Source: Candidatus Bathyarchaeia archaeon (lineage in GTDB: Archaea; Thermoproteota; Bathyarchaeia; Bathyarchaeales; DTEX01). Taken from it: a stretch of DNA of 64,000 bases. The stretch spans positions 1,097-65,096 of the forward strand of contig JAWAZE010000005.1 of NCBI GenBank assembly GCA_038817885.1, given 5' to 3'. A model generated the notes under the pieces. That model ran no database searches and was not told where the DNA came from. It worked only from the letters and a program-made list of their open reading frames with translations. Both the position numbers and the translations under genes were made by a program. This document shows positions 10,691 to 21,151 of the stretch, piece after piece. How positions within the stretch are numbered: position 1 is the stretch's first letter; the number at the start of each line of letters is the position of its first letter.

Positions 10691-11359
10691 TCACCCAACA
10701 TGCTCCCTCAAGGTTCTTTGCCCTCTACCTTCTAGAGCCCTTTTCGCAGTCTTCCAGGACTTTCTCACGAAATCTGGGTATGAGTTATGCTTCTCAATCC
10801 AGTTCCTTAAGAAACTAATAGTTTTTGGATCTGTTGGGTAGCCTGAACCGAAGTCACCATACTTGCGCTTAAGAATCTCTATCTCCCTATCACGCTCAAC
10901 CTTCGCTATTATGGATGCGGCTGAGACAACAGGGTAAGTTTTATCCGCCTTATGCTCAGATATGATCTCAACTTTAAAGGGTAACTCCTCAAGAATATGT
11001 TGCTTAAATCTCTCAGGCAATACATCTGATGCATCAACATAAGCTATGTCCGGCTTAAGCTCACTTATTATCCTCGCCATAATTCGGGCCTCAAGCCTAT
11101 TTAGTCGATTGAACTTCTTCCCCCTTTCAATAACACTATCTATCTCCCATGGCTGAACCTTAATAACACTATAGTTCCTCACGACTCCCAATATTTGTGC
11201 AGCAAGTTCATTGCGTCTCTTTGGGGATAGGGTTTTAGAGTCTCTCACCTTTAATTGGATAAGCTTCTGAAGCCCATCTTCATCGACTAGGACGCCGGCG
11301 ATCACCAAGGGACCTATAACCGGGCCCCGGCCAGCGTCATCGACACCGCATATAAGCAT
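10691..11359 (-). CDS. rnhB: Ribonuclease HII
   Basis: N-terminus ICGVDDAGRGPVIGPLV and internal DSK and ASIIAK motifs; 222 aa. Confidence 0.9.
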   Translation of the reverse strand: MLICGVDDAGRGPVIGPLVIAGVLVDEDGLQKLIQLKVRDSKTLSPKRRNELAAQILGVVRNYSVIKVQPWEIDSVIERGKKFNRLNRLEARIMARIISELKPDIAYVDASDVLPERFKQHILEELPFKVEIISEHKADKTYPVVSAASIIAKVERDREIEILKRKYGDFGSGYPTDPKTISFLRNWIEKHNSYPDFVRKSWKTAKRALEGRGQRTLREHVG

Positions 11360-11368
11360 TATTGATCA

Positions 11369-11920
11369 CTATTCTGACTCTCTAATTTTATCCAGTATCT
11401 CTTCGGATATGATTTTTGGGAGAATATTTCTATTATCCCATCTTACTTCAATTATCTTTACGTCCTCTCTTCGTCTTATCATTTCGGTGAAGGGTGTTTT
11501 AGCCCTCCAATGAATTGTTCCCAAGACAACCTTTTTGCTTTCTAAAGCTCTTAAAAAAGCGTCTTTAAAGGGCTCGGAATATAGCTCCATTGGGCCAACC
11601 TCGTCAATAACCACGACGTCAGCTTCCTTACAGCCATTCAATATAGCTTTTGCGCCAATCCGCTCTAAGTCCTCTAAACAAACTCTATATTTGCCTACTT
11701 GCGGGCCACTTTTATGGGTAACGTGTGCCAGTATACCCTCAACGTTACCTAGGAGATCTATTATTTTGAAGCCAACCCTTACACCATCCTTCAAGATCTC
11801 TTGACTAACCATTCCGCCAACTTTAACATTCTTCTCTCTTAGATAGTCTACAACTCTTAAAACAATCGTTGTCTTTCCCGTTCTCGGCGGCCCAGTCAAG
11901 AAAATGTGCCGTTTACTCAT
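11369..11920 (-). CDS. Nucleoside-triphosphatase, THEP1/NTPase_1 family
   Basis: Walker A GPPRTGKTT, Walker B VVVIDEVG, about 180 aa as is typical for the family. Confidence 0.75.
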   Translation of the reverse strand: MSKRHIFLTGPPRTGKTTIVLRVVDYLREKNVKVGGMVSQEILKDGVRVGFKIIDLLGNVEGILAHVTHKSGPQVGKYRVCLEDLERIGAKAILNGCKEADVVVIDEVGPMELYSEPFKDAFLRALESKKVVLGTIHWRAKTPFTEMIRRREDVKIIEVRWDNRNILPKIISEEILDKIRESE

Positions 11921-11944
11921 AATAAGTAGCTCCTAAATTTAAGA

Positions 11945-12412
11945 TTAAAACTGCTTTAAAACGTCCTCCTTCTCCATTATCGTGCCGCAGTAGTGGCATT
12001 TGAGTTTAAGCGGCTCCTCACTCTCAACATAGAATATAGATTTTACTGGTTCATTCTCACTATTAGATATACACGCCGGGTTAATGCACTTGACAATCCC
12101 ATGAATTATTTGTGGCAGCTTAACCCTCTGTTTCTCGACAACCCTATAATTTCTTATTATGTTGATTGTGGCATGTGGAGCTATGAGCGCTATCTTGTCA
12201 ACTTCTTCTGGCTTTAATTCCCTTCCCTCAATCTTCACAATATCCTTTATCTCGAGCTTCTGGCTTGGAACATTCATGGCGATCGTAATGATGCCCCCAC
12301 TCCGGCCATCAATCCCCAGAATTCTAATAACATTTAAAGCGTGACCTCTCGTTATATGATCTATAACAGTCCCATCCTTAATCTTCGAAACCCTAAGGGT
12401 TTTCTTAGCCAT
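11945..12412 (-). CDS. pyrI: Aspartate carbamoyltransferase regulatory chain
   Basis: [15 protein letters not shown] allosteric domain and a C-terminal Zn domain (CINPACIS...CHYCG). The start is taken at the internal ATG. Confidence 0.85.
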   Translation of the reverse strand: MAKKTLRVSKIKDGTVIDHITRGHALNVIRILGIDGRSGGIITIAMNVPSQKLEIKDIVKIEGRELKPEEVDKIALIAPHATINIIRNYRVVEKQRVKLPQIIHGIVKCINPACISNSENEPVKSIFYVESEEPLKLKCHYCGTIMEKEDVLKQF

Positions 12413-12632
12413 CTCATAACACCAAAACAGCTTAACAACATTTATTATAAAAAGCATTTCTAGCATATTCTTTTAAAAGGGTAATGATTTCATTTAAGAA
12501 AACGCGTCAGTCTCAAGACCATTTCCAATTCTCCATAAAATATTTATAGCGGTTAATGTAATGTTGATATCAATGGTGATACACAAAATGTTTCATCCCA
12601 TCTTTCTATCCTTTAAACATTGGATGAGACAC

Positions 12633-13145
12633 ATGGCTTCTGTGCCAAAGGGTTTTTTGCGATATCAGGTACTTGAGCTTTTAAATGAGAGGCCGCTTTC
12701 AGGCTCGGAGATAATGGATGAAATAGAGAGGAGGACATGTGGGGTCTGGAGGCCCAGCCCAGGCTCTGTTTACCCACTTCTCGCCTGGCTCCATGAGAGC
12801 GGCTATATAACTGAGGTTCCTACGCAAGAGGTTGGTATAAGGCGGTACGCCCTTACAGAGAAGGGTAAACAGCTCTTGGAGGGGCAGCGAAGAATGAGGG
12901 AGCGAGCCAGAGGGGGATGGAAGATTTTCGCCCCTCCCCTTCTCTGCACTTTATGGTTACGTATTCCCCCAGAAGAAGCGGAGAAGCTACGAGTGGCTGT
13001 AAGCCATTTTATAAGATCCCTTTTTAACCTTTGCCTGGATCTGGAGACAAAGTTTTCTGGGGATGCCCTCAATGAAGTATTGAGGGTTTTAAATGAAGCC
13101 GCCCAGAGATTTGAAGAGATGGATAGAAAGTTGCTGGGTGAGTAG
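12633..13145 (+). CDS. PadR-family transcriptional regulator
   Basis: wHTH pattern LRYQVLELLNERPLSGSEIMDEIE...SPGSVYPLL..L...G. It lies immediately upstream of the ABC genes. Confidence 0.75.
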   Translation: MASVPKGFLRYQVLELLNERPLSGSEIMDEIERRTCGVWRPSPGSVYPLLAWLHESGYITEVPTQEVGIRRYALTEKGKQLLEGQRRMRERARGGWKIFAPPLLCTLWLRIPPEEAEKLRVAVSHFIRSLFNLCLDLETKFSGDALNEVLRVLNEAAQRFEEMDRKLLGE

Positions 13146-13148
13146 AAG

Positions 13149-14153
13149 ATGGCGGACGATGTTATTAAAGCTGAGGGTTTAACAAAGGTCTTTAATAAGA
13201 ACTTGGTTGCCGTGGATCATGTAAGCTTTAGCGTCAAGGATGGTGAAATATTCGGTCTCCTTGGACCAAATGGCGCTGGAAAAACGACAGTGATCAAAAT
13301 GTTGACAACTGTCCTAAAGCCTACTGAGGGCAGAGCCCTTGTCTTGGGTTATGACATTATTAAGCAGGCAAGCAATGTTAGAAGGGTTATAGGAGTCGTC
13401 CCACAAGATTATACTACAGACGAGGATTTAACAGGATATGAAAATATAATGCTATGCGCAGACTTGTATGGTGTTCCACGAGATATAGCGAAAAAACGAG
13501 CCCTTGAGCTCCTAGAGCTCGTAGAGCTAACGCGCTTTAAGGATAAGAGGGTTGAAACGTATTCTGGTGGTATGCGCCGCAGGCTTGAACTTGCATGCGG
13601 CTTAATCAACAGACCGAAAATACTTTTTCTGGACGAGCCGACATTAGGTCTGGACGTTCAAACGAGGGTTGCGATATGGAATTATATTCGCAGGCTTAAG
13701 GATGAGTATGATATGACGATCTTTATGACGACGCACTATTTGGAGGAGGCCGACAGCCTTTGCAACCGCATAGTAATAATAGATCATGGGAGAATAATAG
13801 CTCTTGACTCCCCAAGCAACCTAAAAGATAGCTTGGGCGGAGATATAATAACTCTGAGTATAAAAGAGAATGTGGATGTCAGCGGCATTATCCGTTCCGT
13901 TGAGAATGTTAAGGATGTTAAATGCGATAATAATATTTATAGGATTAAGGTCTCCTCCGGAGAAGCGACAGCGCCCCTTATAATTGAGGCACTGCGAGGG
14001 GAAGGCTACACAGTGACTAAACTCTCTCTTACAAAGCCAACGTTAGATGAGGTTTACCTTGAGTATACTGGAAGAAGAATGCGCGATACCGAGGGGTCCG
14101 TGGAATCAATCATGAAGCATAGGATAATCATGAGGAGGGCTAGGGCACGGTGA
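13149..14153 (+). CDS. ABC transporter ATP-binding protein (ABC-2/DrrA-like)
   Basis: Walker A GPNGAGKTT, signature YSGGMRRR, Walker B ILFLDEP. Confidence 0.9.
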   Translation: MADDVIKAEGLTKVFNKNLVAVDHVSFSVKDGEIFGLLGPNGAGKTTVIKMLTTVLKPTEGRALVLGYDIIKQASNVRRVIGVVPQDYTTDEDLTGYENIMLCADLYGVPRDIAKKRALELLELVELTRFKDKRVETYSGGMRRRLELACGLINRPKILFLDEPTLGLDVQTRVAIWNYIRRLKDEYDMTIFMTTHYLEEADSLCNRIVIIDHGRIIALDSPSNLKDSLGGDIITLSIKENVDVSGIIRSVENVKDVKCDNNIYRIKVSSGEATAPLIIEALRGEGYTVTKLSLTKPTLDEVYLEYTGRRMRDTEGSVESIMKHRIIMRRARAR

Positions 14154-15091
14154 AAATGCCTGAGGAAAGTACCCCAAGATTCGTCCGAGGTTTATGGGCT
14201 CTAACCGCCAGAGAACTCAAGAAGTGGCTTAATGATCCAGTAATGTTGGCAATGTTTGTCCTCCAACCATTAATATGGATGAGCCTCCTCGGAAAATCCA
14301 TGAACATAAATGCCCTCCTCTCACCACACAACATAGTAAATATGCCAAGTTTAATCCCCATTTCTGGAAGCTATGTCGTGCCCCCACTTCAGGGAATCAT
14401 ATACATTAATGGCACGTGGTTTCAACAAACCCTGTCGAGCGTAGGGTCAGAGGTCATGCGGGGTACATTTGGCGTTACGGATTACTTCAGTTATATGGCT
14501 GTTGGAATGATTTCCATGATAGCTGTCATGACCTCCACTTTTAGCGGAGTCTCAATCGTTTGGGATAGGCGCTTAGGCTTCCTAGATAAGATCCTAAGCA
14601 CACCAGTACCCCGCGCAGCAATAATATTTGCTAAAATCCTCAATGCTTATTTCAGAGCTGTATTTCAGGCAACGGTCATCCTTGCACTCGCATATATACT
14701 TGGATTACAATTAAGCCCAAGATTCACGCTGATTAATATGCTTGGGCTCTACGCTGCAATTTTCTTAGTTAGCGTGGGATTCTCATCAATCTTCTTGGCT
14801 TTTTCAATAAGGTCAACAAGAATGGAGAGGCCGATGCAGTTCATAAATCTGATAATGATGCCATTAATGTTTGCAAGCAATACTTTCTTCCCAGTAAATT
14901 TAATGCCGGGATGGTTGCAGATAATAGTAAAGGTGAACCCACTTACATACCTAACAGATGCCCTGAGGGAGCTAACGATAAGGCAATTAAATATGTCAAA
15001 TCTAATACTAGATTTCACTTACCTGGCGACCTTCGCAGCAATTTTGGCGGCGATAGGCATAATACTCTCATGGAAATACTTAACAGCATAG
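14150..15091 (+). CDS. ABC-2 type transporter permease
   Basis: 4-nt overlap with the upstream ATPase gene; multi-TM protein of ABC-2 membrane-domain size. Confidence 0.8.
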   Translation: MKMPEESTPRFVRGLWALTARELKKWLNDPVMLAMFVLQPLIWMSLLGKSMNINALLSPHNIVNMPSLIPISGSYVVPPLQGIIYINGTWFQQTLSSVGSEVMRGTFGVTDYFSYMAVGMISMIAVMTSTFSGVSIVWDRRLGFLDKILSTPVPRAAIIFAKILNAYFRAVFQATVILALAYILGLQLSPRFTLINMLGLYAAIFLVSVGFSSIFLAFSIRSTRMERPMQFINLIMMPLMFASNTFFPVNLMPGWLQIIVKVNPLTYLTDALRELTIRQLNMSNLILDFTYLATFAAILAAIGIILSWKYLTA

Positions 15092-15253
15092 AGATTTATC
15101 AGATGCCCGCGACCTAAATATTTTGTGAACCCTTATCTCCAGCGTCCAAGGTAAATAAATTATCAAATAGGGGTTATTTTTGGCATAATTTTGAAAAATG
15201 TTTATAAAATTGGTTAAGGGAAATGGAAAATTGCTCCATATGAAGGTGGTTTA

Positions 15254-18100
15254 ATGCTTCAAAAACATGCTAAAATGCTGATAATTTGCCTGTCACTTTC
15301 GCTCATTTTTTCCTTCATCTCTCCATCAATCCAGTTTTCGCGCGCCCAAGAGGCATGGGTCGAGCACGTCACAACGGTAGTAGTCAAGCCGGGGGGTAGG
15401 GCAACCTTTAATATTTCACTTAGGGGAAACGATACATATATTCTTTCGGCAGAGAACCTCCCAGAAGGATGGACTGTAAAATTTTATTACGAGAAAATGG
15501 AGATCTCCTCAATCAGCGTTAGAGAAAATAAAACTGTGACGATAACAATGGTGGTTTCGACCTCCCCAGACACATCTCCAGGAGAATACACCATATATTT
15601 TGTTGCCGAGTCGCCTACAACCTTAACCTATATATTTCTCTCAATAACAATTGAGGTGCGCAGCCCAGAAAGACAAGTAGAGGTCTCGGCGCAATACTCT
15701 TATTTGACGAAAAAGGTTGGTGAGACTTTAACATACCACTTAGCAATAACAAATGTTGGCGAGAAGGACGAGACTTTATTGCTAAAGGCATCCCCTCCGG
15801 AGGGATGGGGTTACCGTTTCCTCCTTCAGGGGGAGACTGTATCAGGACTATATCTAAAAGCTGGCTTCCAACAGCAATTATCGGTTGAGTTTACTCCGCC
15901 AGAGAGAGTGGAAGCTGGCGCTGTTTCATTCTCCATCACAATCTCATCAGATGACGGAGAAATAAGCGATGAGATAACTCTTTACGCAGAGATTCTCCCT
16001 CTAACAAGAGATGTGAAGATAACGTCTTCTTACCAAGAGATCTCCGTTGAGCAAGGCCAATCCTTCTCCATACCAGTCACCATAAGCAATAAAGGCGAAA
16101 AGGACGAAGAACTAATCCTTAGTGCGGACCTACCGGAGGGGTGGAACGGCGCATTCAAAGTGCCGGAGACGGCTGTTAAAGTCAACAGCATTTATTTGAC
16201 GGCTGGCACCCAGAAACAACTGCTCTTTGAGGCTGTTCCAACACGAATTCCGGGTCTAGGAGAGTATACTTTTACGCTCAAAATAGGCTCCGCAGACGGA
16301 CCCATCGGTTCCTCATATAGCTTAAGAGTTATCATCATAAGAGTTACCCAGCCAATATTATCATGCCAATTTCCATCGATGACAACTCGACCAGGCGGCT
16401 CAGCCAACTTCCAAATAAAGCTCACGAACCCCACCTCACTTAGCCAAGCATTTAAGATTCTGGCTAAAGAGTTGCCTTCCGGTTGGAGCGTCAAAGTTAG
16501 GACTGCTGATAAAGAACCCGCTTCGGTAGTTAATGTTGTGGGCGGCTCATCTACAACGCTTTTAGTTGAGGTCTCCGTGCCAAGCGATACTACTAGCGGT
16601 GTATACAACGTCATTTTGGTGGCAGAGTCCCCAGAAATCTCTGAGAGCATAACACTACAGGTAGATGTTCAGGCAGCAAGGGATGTAGAGATCGCACCCC
16701 TTTATCAGGAAGTCTGTGTGGAGCAGGGTCAGCCCCTCTCCATACCAGTCACCATAAGCAATGAGGGAGAATGCTATGAAGAGTTGACTCTAAACGTAGA
16801 TTTGCCGAAGGGATGGATTGGAACATTTAGGATTTCATCTGACGCTGCAGTTGAGGTTGGCAGCATTTATCTAGCGGCTGGAACCTCAAAAACCCTAATT
16901 TTTGAGGCAAAACCAACACGGATCCCAAGTCCCGGGACGTATACTTTTATGCTTAAGGTGCGCTCTGCGGATGGAGTCATCAGCTCTTCCTATGACTTAA
17001 AAGTGAAGGTTGAAAGAGTTTCTCAACCAATACTATTATGCCGGTTCCCGTTAAAATTAACTCAGCCTGGCGGCGTATCTAAGTTCCAAGTGGATCTCAT
17101 AAACCCTACATCCCTTGATCAGGCATTTAAAATTTCGGTTAGGGGTTTGCCCAGTGGTTGGGATGCTAAAGTTAAGACCGCTGAGGGGGAGCTGGTCTCA
17201 ATAGTTAATGTTAGGGGCGGCTCCTCAATAACGCTTGTTACCGAAGTTTCTGTGCCAAGCGATGCTAATACTGGCGTATATGACATTACTTTTACAGCAG
17301 AGTCGCCTGAGCTCTCTGAAAGCATAGAATTATATGTGGAAGTTCAAAGCCCGCTGATCAAGATAAGCTTGAACGCCATCCCACCATATTTAGACGTATA
17401 TAGTGGATCTAAGGCGAAATTTAAGATGCAGGTTTCAAATACTGGCGGAAAAGATGAGCTGCTAAATATTACATCTCTCGGTCTCCCCGAGGAATTTAAG
17501 GTTAAATTTGAAGATTCTGGCGGCAACGAGATAACAGCAGTTTATGTTGAGGCGGGCGCTACAAAAGAGTTTTTTGTTGTCGTCTCAGTTCCAGAAGATA
17601 TAGAGTTGGGCGCCAGAAAGTTTACTATATCTGTATTTAATGCTGAGGTAGAGGAGAAGGCAGATTTAACACTTAATGTTCTAGGCCTTTACAGGATTGT
17701 TATTATGAATACAAACTTTTACACAACTCTCAGCGTTGGCGGTGAGGGAACATTTACACTAAATGTTAAGAATACTGGAAGCATGGAAGTTACTAACGTG
17801 AGGGTTAAATCCGTCTCAGTTCCGGAGGGCTTTACAATAGATATATCGCCGGAATCAATACTCTCACTCAAAGTCAACGAAGAGGGAAGCTTTACCATAA
17901 TTATCAGCTCGGATCCAAACATCAACGCCGGCAACTATTATATAGACTTTAATGTTTTATCAGATCAAACTGAAAAATTATCCTTTACATTAAGGGTTGA
18001 GGTTTTCCAAACTACGAATTGGCTCTTATATGCGGGTATAGGTATTGTTATCGCTCTGGTCTTCCTAGTCTTAATTTATAGAAAATTTGGGAGGAGGTGA
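15254..18100 (+). CDS. Large secreted/surface protein built of repeated Ig-like (NEW3/CARDB-like, COG1470-type) domains with a C-terminal TM anchor
   Basis: N-terminal signal-like helix, recurring PEGW/PSGW and GEYT/GVY motifs roughly every 110 aa, and a C-terminal hydrophobic helix followed by RKFGRR. Confidence 0.7.
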   Translation: MLQKHAKMLIICLSLSLIFSFISPSIQFSRAQEAWVEHVTTVVVKPGGRATFNISLRGNDTYILSAENLPEGWTVKFYYEKMEISSISVRENKTVTITMVVSTSPDTSPGEYTIYFVAESPTTLTYIFLSITIEVRSPERQVEVSAQYSYLTKKVGETLTYHLAITNVGEKDETLLLKASPPEGWGYRFLLQGETVSGLYLKAGFQQQLSVEFTPPERVEAGAVSFSITISSDDGEISDEITLYAEILPLTRDVKITSSYQEISVEQGQSFSIPVTISNKGEKDEELILSADLPEGWNGAFKVPETAVKVNSIYLTAGTQKQLLFEAVPTRIPGLGEYTFTLKIGSADGPIGSSYSLRVIIIRVTQPILSCQFPSMTTRPGGSANFQIKLTNPTSLSQAFKILAKELPSGWSVKVRTADKEPASVVNVVGGSSTTLLVEVSVPSDTTSGVYNVILVAESPEISESITLQVDVQAARDVEIAPLYQEVCVEQGQPLSIPVTISNEGECYEELTLNVDLPKGWIGTFRISSDAAVEVGSIYLAAGTSKTLIFEAKPTRIPSPGTYTFMLKVRSADGVISSSYDLKVKVERVSQPILLCRFPLKLTQPGGVSKFQVDLINPTSLDQAFKISVRGLPSGWDAKVKTAEGELVSIVNVRGGSSITLVTEVSVPSDANTGVYDITFTAESPELSESIELYVEVQSPLIKISLNAIPPYLDVYSGSKAKFKMQVSNTGGKDELLNITSLGLPEEFKVKFEDSGGNEITAVYVEAGATKEFFVVVSVPEDIELGARKFTISVFNAEVEEKADLTLNVLGLYRIVIMNTNFYTTLSVGGEGTFTLNVKNTGSMEVTNVRVKSVSVPEGFTIDISPESILSLKVNEEGSFTIIISSDPNINAGNYYIDFNVLSDQTEKLSFTLRVEVFQTTNWLLYAGIGIVIALVFLVLIYRKFGRR
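16004..17347 (+). repeat. Intragenic tandem duplication, 2 x 672 bp (224 aa two-domain module)
   Basis: The string tccataccagtcaccataagcaat recurs at 16067 and 16739, an offset of 672. The two protein modules are roughly 60 percent identical by eye. Confidence 0.85.
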
Positions 18101-18106
18101 AAGCTT

Positions 18107-19048
18107 GTGGATTATGTTATTGAGACTGAGGGATTAACGAAGATATACCGGTCTGAGGGAAAGATCATAAAGGCCCTAGACCATTTAGACCTAAAGGTTG
18201 AGGGCGGAAAAATCTTCGGCCTCCTCGGACCCAACGGCGCTGGAAAAACGACCCTGATAATGACCCTTATAGGATTGATCATGCCGACAAGCGGATCGGC
18301 AAGGGTCTTAGGTTTCGACATCCTCAAAGATTCAATTGAGATTAGAAAGAGGGTTGGCGTTCTGCCTGAAGGAGCAGACTTCTATGACCATTTAACAGCT
18401 AAGCAGAACCTGCTTTACATAGCGGCCTTGAATGGAATTGATAAGGCTGAGAGGGAGAGGCGTGTTGAGGAGGTTTTGAGGGTCGTTGGTTTAGAGGATG
18501 CTAAAGAAAGGAAGGTTGGAGGCTTCTCCCGTGGAATGAAGCAGAGGTTGGGGATAGCGCAAGCACTACTAAAGAGCCCCGAGCTCCTAATATTTGATGA
18601 GCCGACGGCTGGGTTAGACCCAGAGGCTTCAAGGGCCTTTAAAAACATGGTTCTAAAGCTTAGAGACAAGGGAAAAACTATCATGCTTAGCACCCACCTA
18701 CTCTTCGAGGTCGGCCCACTATGTGATAACATAGCGATAATCAATCGTGGGAGAATAGTATTGCAGGGCAGCGTTAAAGAGCTTGCCGAAAGATTTATAG
18801 CTGAAGAGGGCTACAAAATCCGAGTTCAGGGCAAAGGAGACATTGGAAGACTTACCAATGCTATTCTGAACCTTAAGGACGTAAGAAATGTAAAAGTTGA
18901 TAAAGAGTGCATCTTAATTGAAGCCAGCAAAGATATTAGAGTTGAGGTTAGTAAGTTAGCATCAGCACATGGTGTAGAAATTGTTGCGCTTGAGCTTACA
19001 GTTCCATCCATCGAAGACCTCTTCATGAAGTATTATAAGTGGGAGTGA
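18107..19048 (+). CDS. ABC transporter ATP-binding protein
   Basis: GTG start; Walker A GPNGAGKTT, signature FSRGMKQR, Walker B LLIFDEP. Confidence 0.9.
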   Translation: MDYVIETEGLTKIYRSEGKIIKALDHLDLKVEGGKIFGLLGPNGAGKTTLIMTLIGLIMPTSGSARVLGFDILKDSIEIRKRVGVLPEGADFYDHLTAKQNLLYIAALNGIDKAERERRVEEVLRVVGLEDAKERKVGGFSRGMKQRLGIAQALLKSPELLIFDEPTAGLDPEASRAFKNMVLKLRDKGKTIMLSTHLLFEVGPLCDNIAIINRGRIVLQGSVKELAERFIAEEGYKIRVQGKGDIGRLTNAILNLKDVRNVKVDKECILIEASKDIRVEVSKLASAHGVEIVALELTVPSIEDLFMKYYKWE

Positions 19049-19053
19049 TCGTA

Positions 19054-20010
19054 ATGGCCAGCGCATCCATTATAGCATCGAAAGAATTCTCAGATATTAT
19101 AAGGAGCAAAAGATTCATAATCTTACTATCTATCTTCGTCCTGTTAATGATTGCGGCTGTTACAAGCACATATATTTCGGCAACTCAGGGCATCGCCACG
19201 CCAACAGCTATGCCGAGACGCTTCCTCCTTTCAGTAGCATCAAGCCTAACAGGTATGATGGCCTACTTCGCGCCAATCCTCGGCATAGTCTTAGGCGTAG
19301 ACGCCATATCTGGGGAGAGGGAAAAGGGTACATTGAAAATGGTTCTCGCTCAGCCAGTTTTCAGGGATACATTCATTAACGGGAAATTCCTTGGGACTAT
19401 CGCCGCAATCTCACTGGCTGTATGCGTGGCATTTCTGGTCAATGTTGGGGGAAGCATAATAGCGCTTGGAATAACGCCAACTGATGATGATGCAGCCAGA
19501 CTTCTTCTATTCCTCATTATCTCAATAATTTATGCAATAGCATACTACGGCATAGCAATATTAATATCCACGGTATCTAAGAGGACAACTATCAGCGTCA
19601 TCGCCAGCATTATGATATGGGCGGTCTTCACGTTCATACTGCCCATAATAGCCACGATGGTAGCATTCTCCATAGCCCCAATCCGCATACAACCAGGACA
19701 AAATGTGACAATCACACCAGAATTAATAAGAGAATTTAGAAGAAGAATGGCTGTTACTGAGACGGTAAATATGTTCACGCCAAACTACCACTTTAATAGA
19801 GCCGCTAATAATATCCTCAGGGCTTTTATAGGAGCAGGATTTATGCCGGAGGGAGGAGCTCCAGACCAACCCCCACAACAGGTTATTAGAACTATCTCAG
19901 TAATTGAGAGCCTAGCGATGGTTTGGTCAAACATATTAATAATAGCGCTGATAGCAGCGTTTACATTAATAGCTACGTATATGCTTTTCGTGAGACAAGA
20001 GACAAGGTAA
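19054..20010 (+). CDS. ABC-2 family permease (putative)
   Basis: Multi-TM protein directly after the ATPase gene. ATG at 19054; an alternative GTG lies at 19039. Confidence 0.65.
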   Translation: MASASIIASKEFSDIIRSKRFIILLSIFVLLMIAAVTSTYISATQGIATPTAMPRRFLLSVASSLTGMMAYFAPILGIVLGVDAISGEREKGTLKMVLAQPVFRDTFINGKFLGTIAAISLAVCVAFLVNVGGSIIALGITPTDDDAARLLLFLIISIIYAIAYYGIAILISTVSKRTTISVIASIMIWAVFTFILPIIATMVAFSIAPIRIQPGQNVTITPELIREFRRRMAVTETVNMFTPNYHFNRAANNILRAFIGAGFMPEGGAPDQPPQQVIRTISVIESLAMVWSNILIIALIAAFTLIATYMLFVRQETR

Positions 20011-20038
20011 AAACAAATCCCCACTTTTATTTTTCGTC

Positions 20039-21151
20039 TTACTTGGTTTTTAAGATCTCTATCGCCTTATCTATGCATTGGCGTTTTCTCCTCTGATGAT
20101 CCTTAACGAAGCCCGTTACGATCTTCGCTAGGCGGGCCTTATCTTCGCCGCATAAGATGTTCCCACATTTACAGTCGTTATAGAGTTCTATTACGTCCTT
20201 ATCATCTTCGAAGAAGTGGAAGAGGTATAGGTCGAAGATCGGGCATATCTCCGGGTTTCCACCGAGCTTACGCTGCTCCTCCGCGGTCGGCCGCCCACCC
20301 GTGAAGGCATTAAAAATCTTCTTTCTTATTAACTCTGGCTCCTCATCGAGCGTGAAGTAGCTCATTGGGTCGCGCTTACTCATCTTATAGTTACCATCTA
20401 ACGCCCTTATCAGCCGATGGTATATTGATGAGGGTGGGATAAACTTAAATTTACTATAAAATTTATCTGCAAGGTCTCTCGTGAACCGAATATGCGGGTC
20501 TTGGTCTATGCCGACCGGTACAACTGTTGGCTTTGGTCCTCCGAAGTCCTCGAGCTGGGGCATCAGTATATCTCCAGCCTGTATTAGCGCCGATAAATAT
20601 AGTCCAATGTGCCTCTCACCGTAAATAGCCCTTATTGTCGCTAGGGTTACACCCCTGCTGAAGATTATCGCTAGATCCTTCACCCTATCCTCCTTTGACT
20701 GGCGGTATATATAGCCCCTCTTTATGTCAAATCCTAGGGCTAAGAGGTCCGCAACATTGTTTATGGCTATCCTCTCGCTCTCCTTAAAGGGTATTCCATT
20801 ATCCTCGTAAGATTCTATGTCAGCGATGCAGTAGAAGGCCGTTGCGCCCTGCTGCTGGAAATAGATTATTTCGCGAACAGTCATCAGCGTCCCAAGGTGG
20901 AACTCGCTGGTAGGTTTTATCCCACTCATAACTGCGAAATTCCCTCTGCTCTTCATAACCTCGAGTATGCGCTCAAAGTCCCTATGCCCAAATATGACGC
21001 CCCTACGCATGGCCATGAGTGGGTTGGGTATCTCCGGGAGGAGGGGCTTAAGCGGCTGTATCCCAAACTCTGTGAATAATCTCTCATAATCCTCTATCAA
21101 AGTTGCCCCAAAAGGATCCAGGATGATTCTCTTGTCCCCGTTCTCAGACAA
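20039..21151 (-). CDS. trpS: Tryptophanyl-tRNA synthetase
   Basis: Class Ic enzyme with a KMSKRDP (KMSKS) motif and the C-terminal CKCGNILCGEDKARL pattern typical of TrpRS. TTG start. Confidence 0.8.
   Translation of the reverse strand: MSENGDKRIILDPFGATLIEDYERLFTEFGIQPLKPLLPEIPNPLMAMRRGVIFGHRDFERILEVMKSRGNFAVMSGIKPTSEFHLGTLMTVREIIYFQQQGATAFYCIADIESYEDNGIPFKESERIAINNVADLLALGFDIKRGYIYRQSKEDRVKDLAIIFSRGVTLATIRAIYGERHIGLYLSALIQAGDILMPQLEDFGGPKPTVVPVGIDQDPHIRFTRDLADKFYSKFKFIPPSSIYHRLIRALDGNYKMSKRDPMSYFTLDEEPELIRKKIFNAFTGGRPTAEEQRKLGGNPEICPIFDLYLFHFFEDDKDVIELYNDCKCGNILCGEDKARLAKIVTGFVKDHQRRKRQCIDKAIEILKTK

Noticed and set aside
15254-18100. Periodic repeats that could be mistaken for a CRISPR-like or satellite array.
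   Set aside because: The repeats are in-frame protein-domain duplications (period 672 bp, divergent copies) inside one long ORF. There are no short identical repeats with unique spacers.
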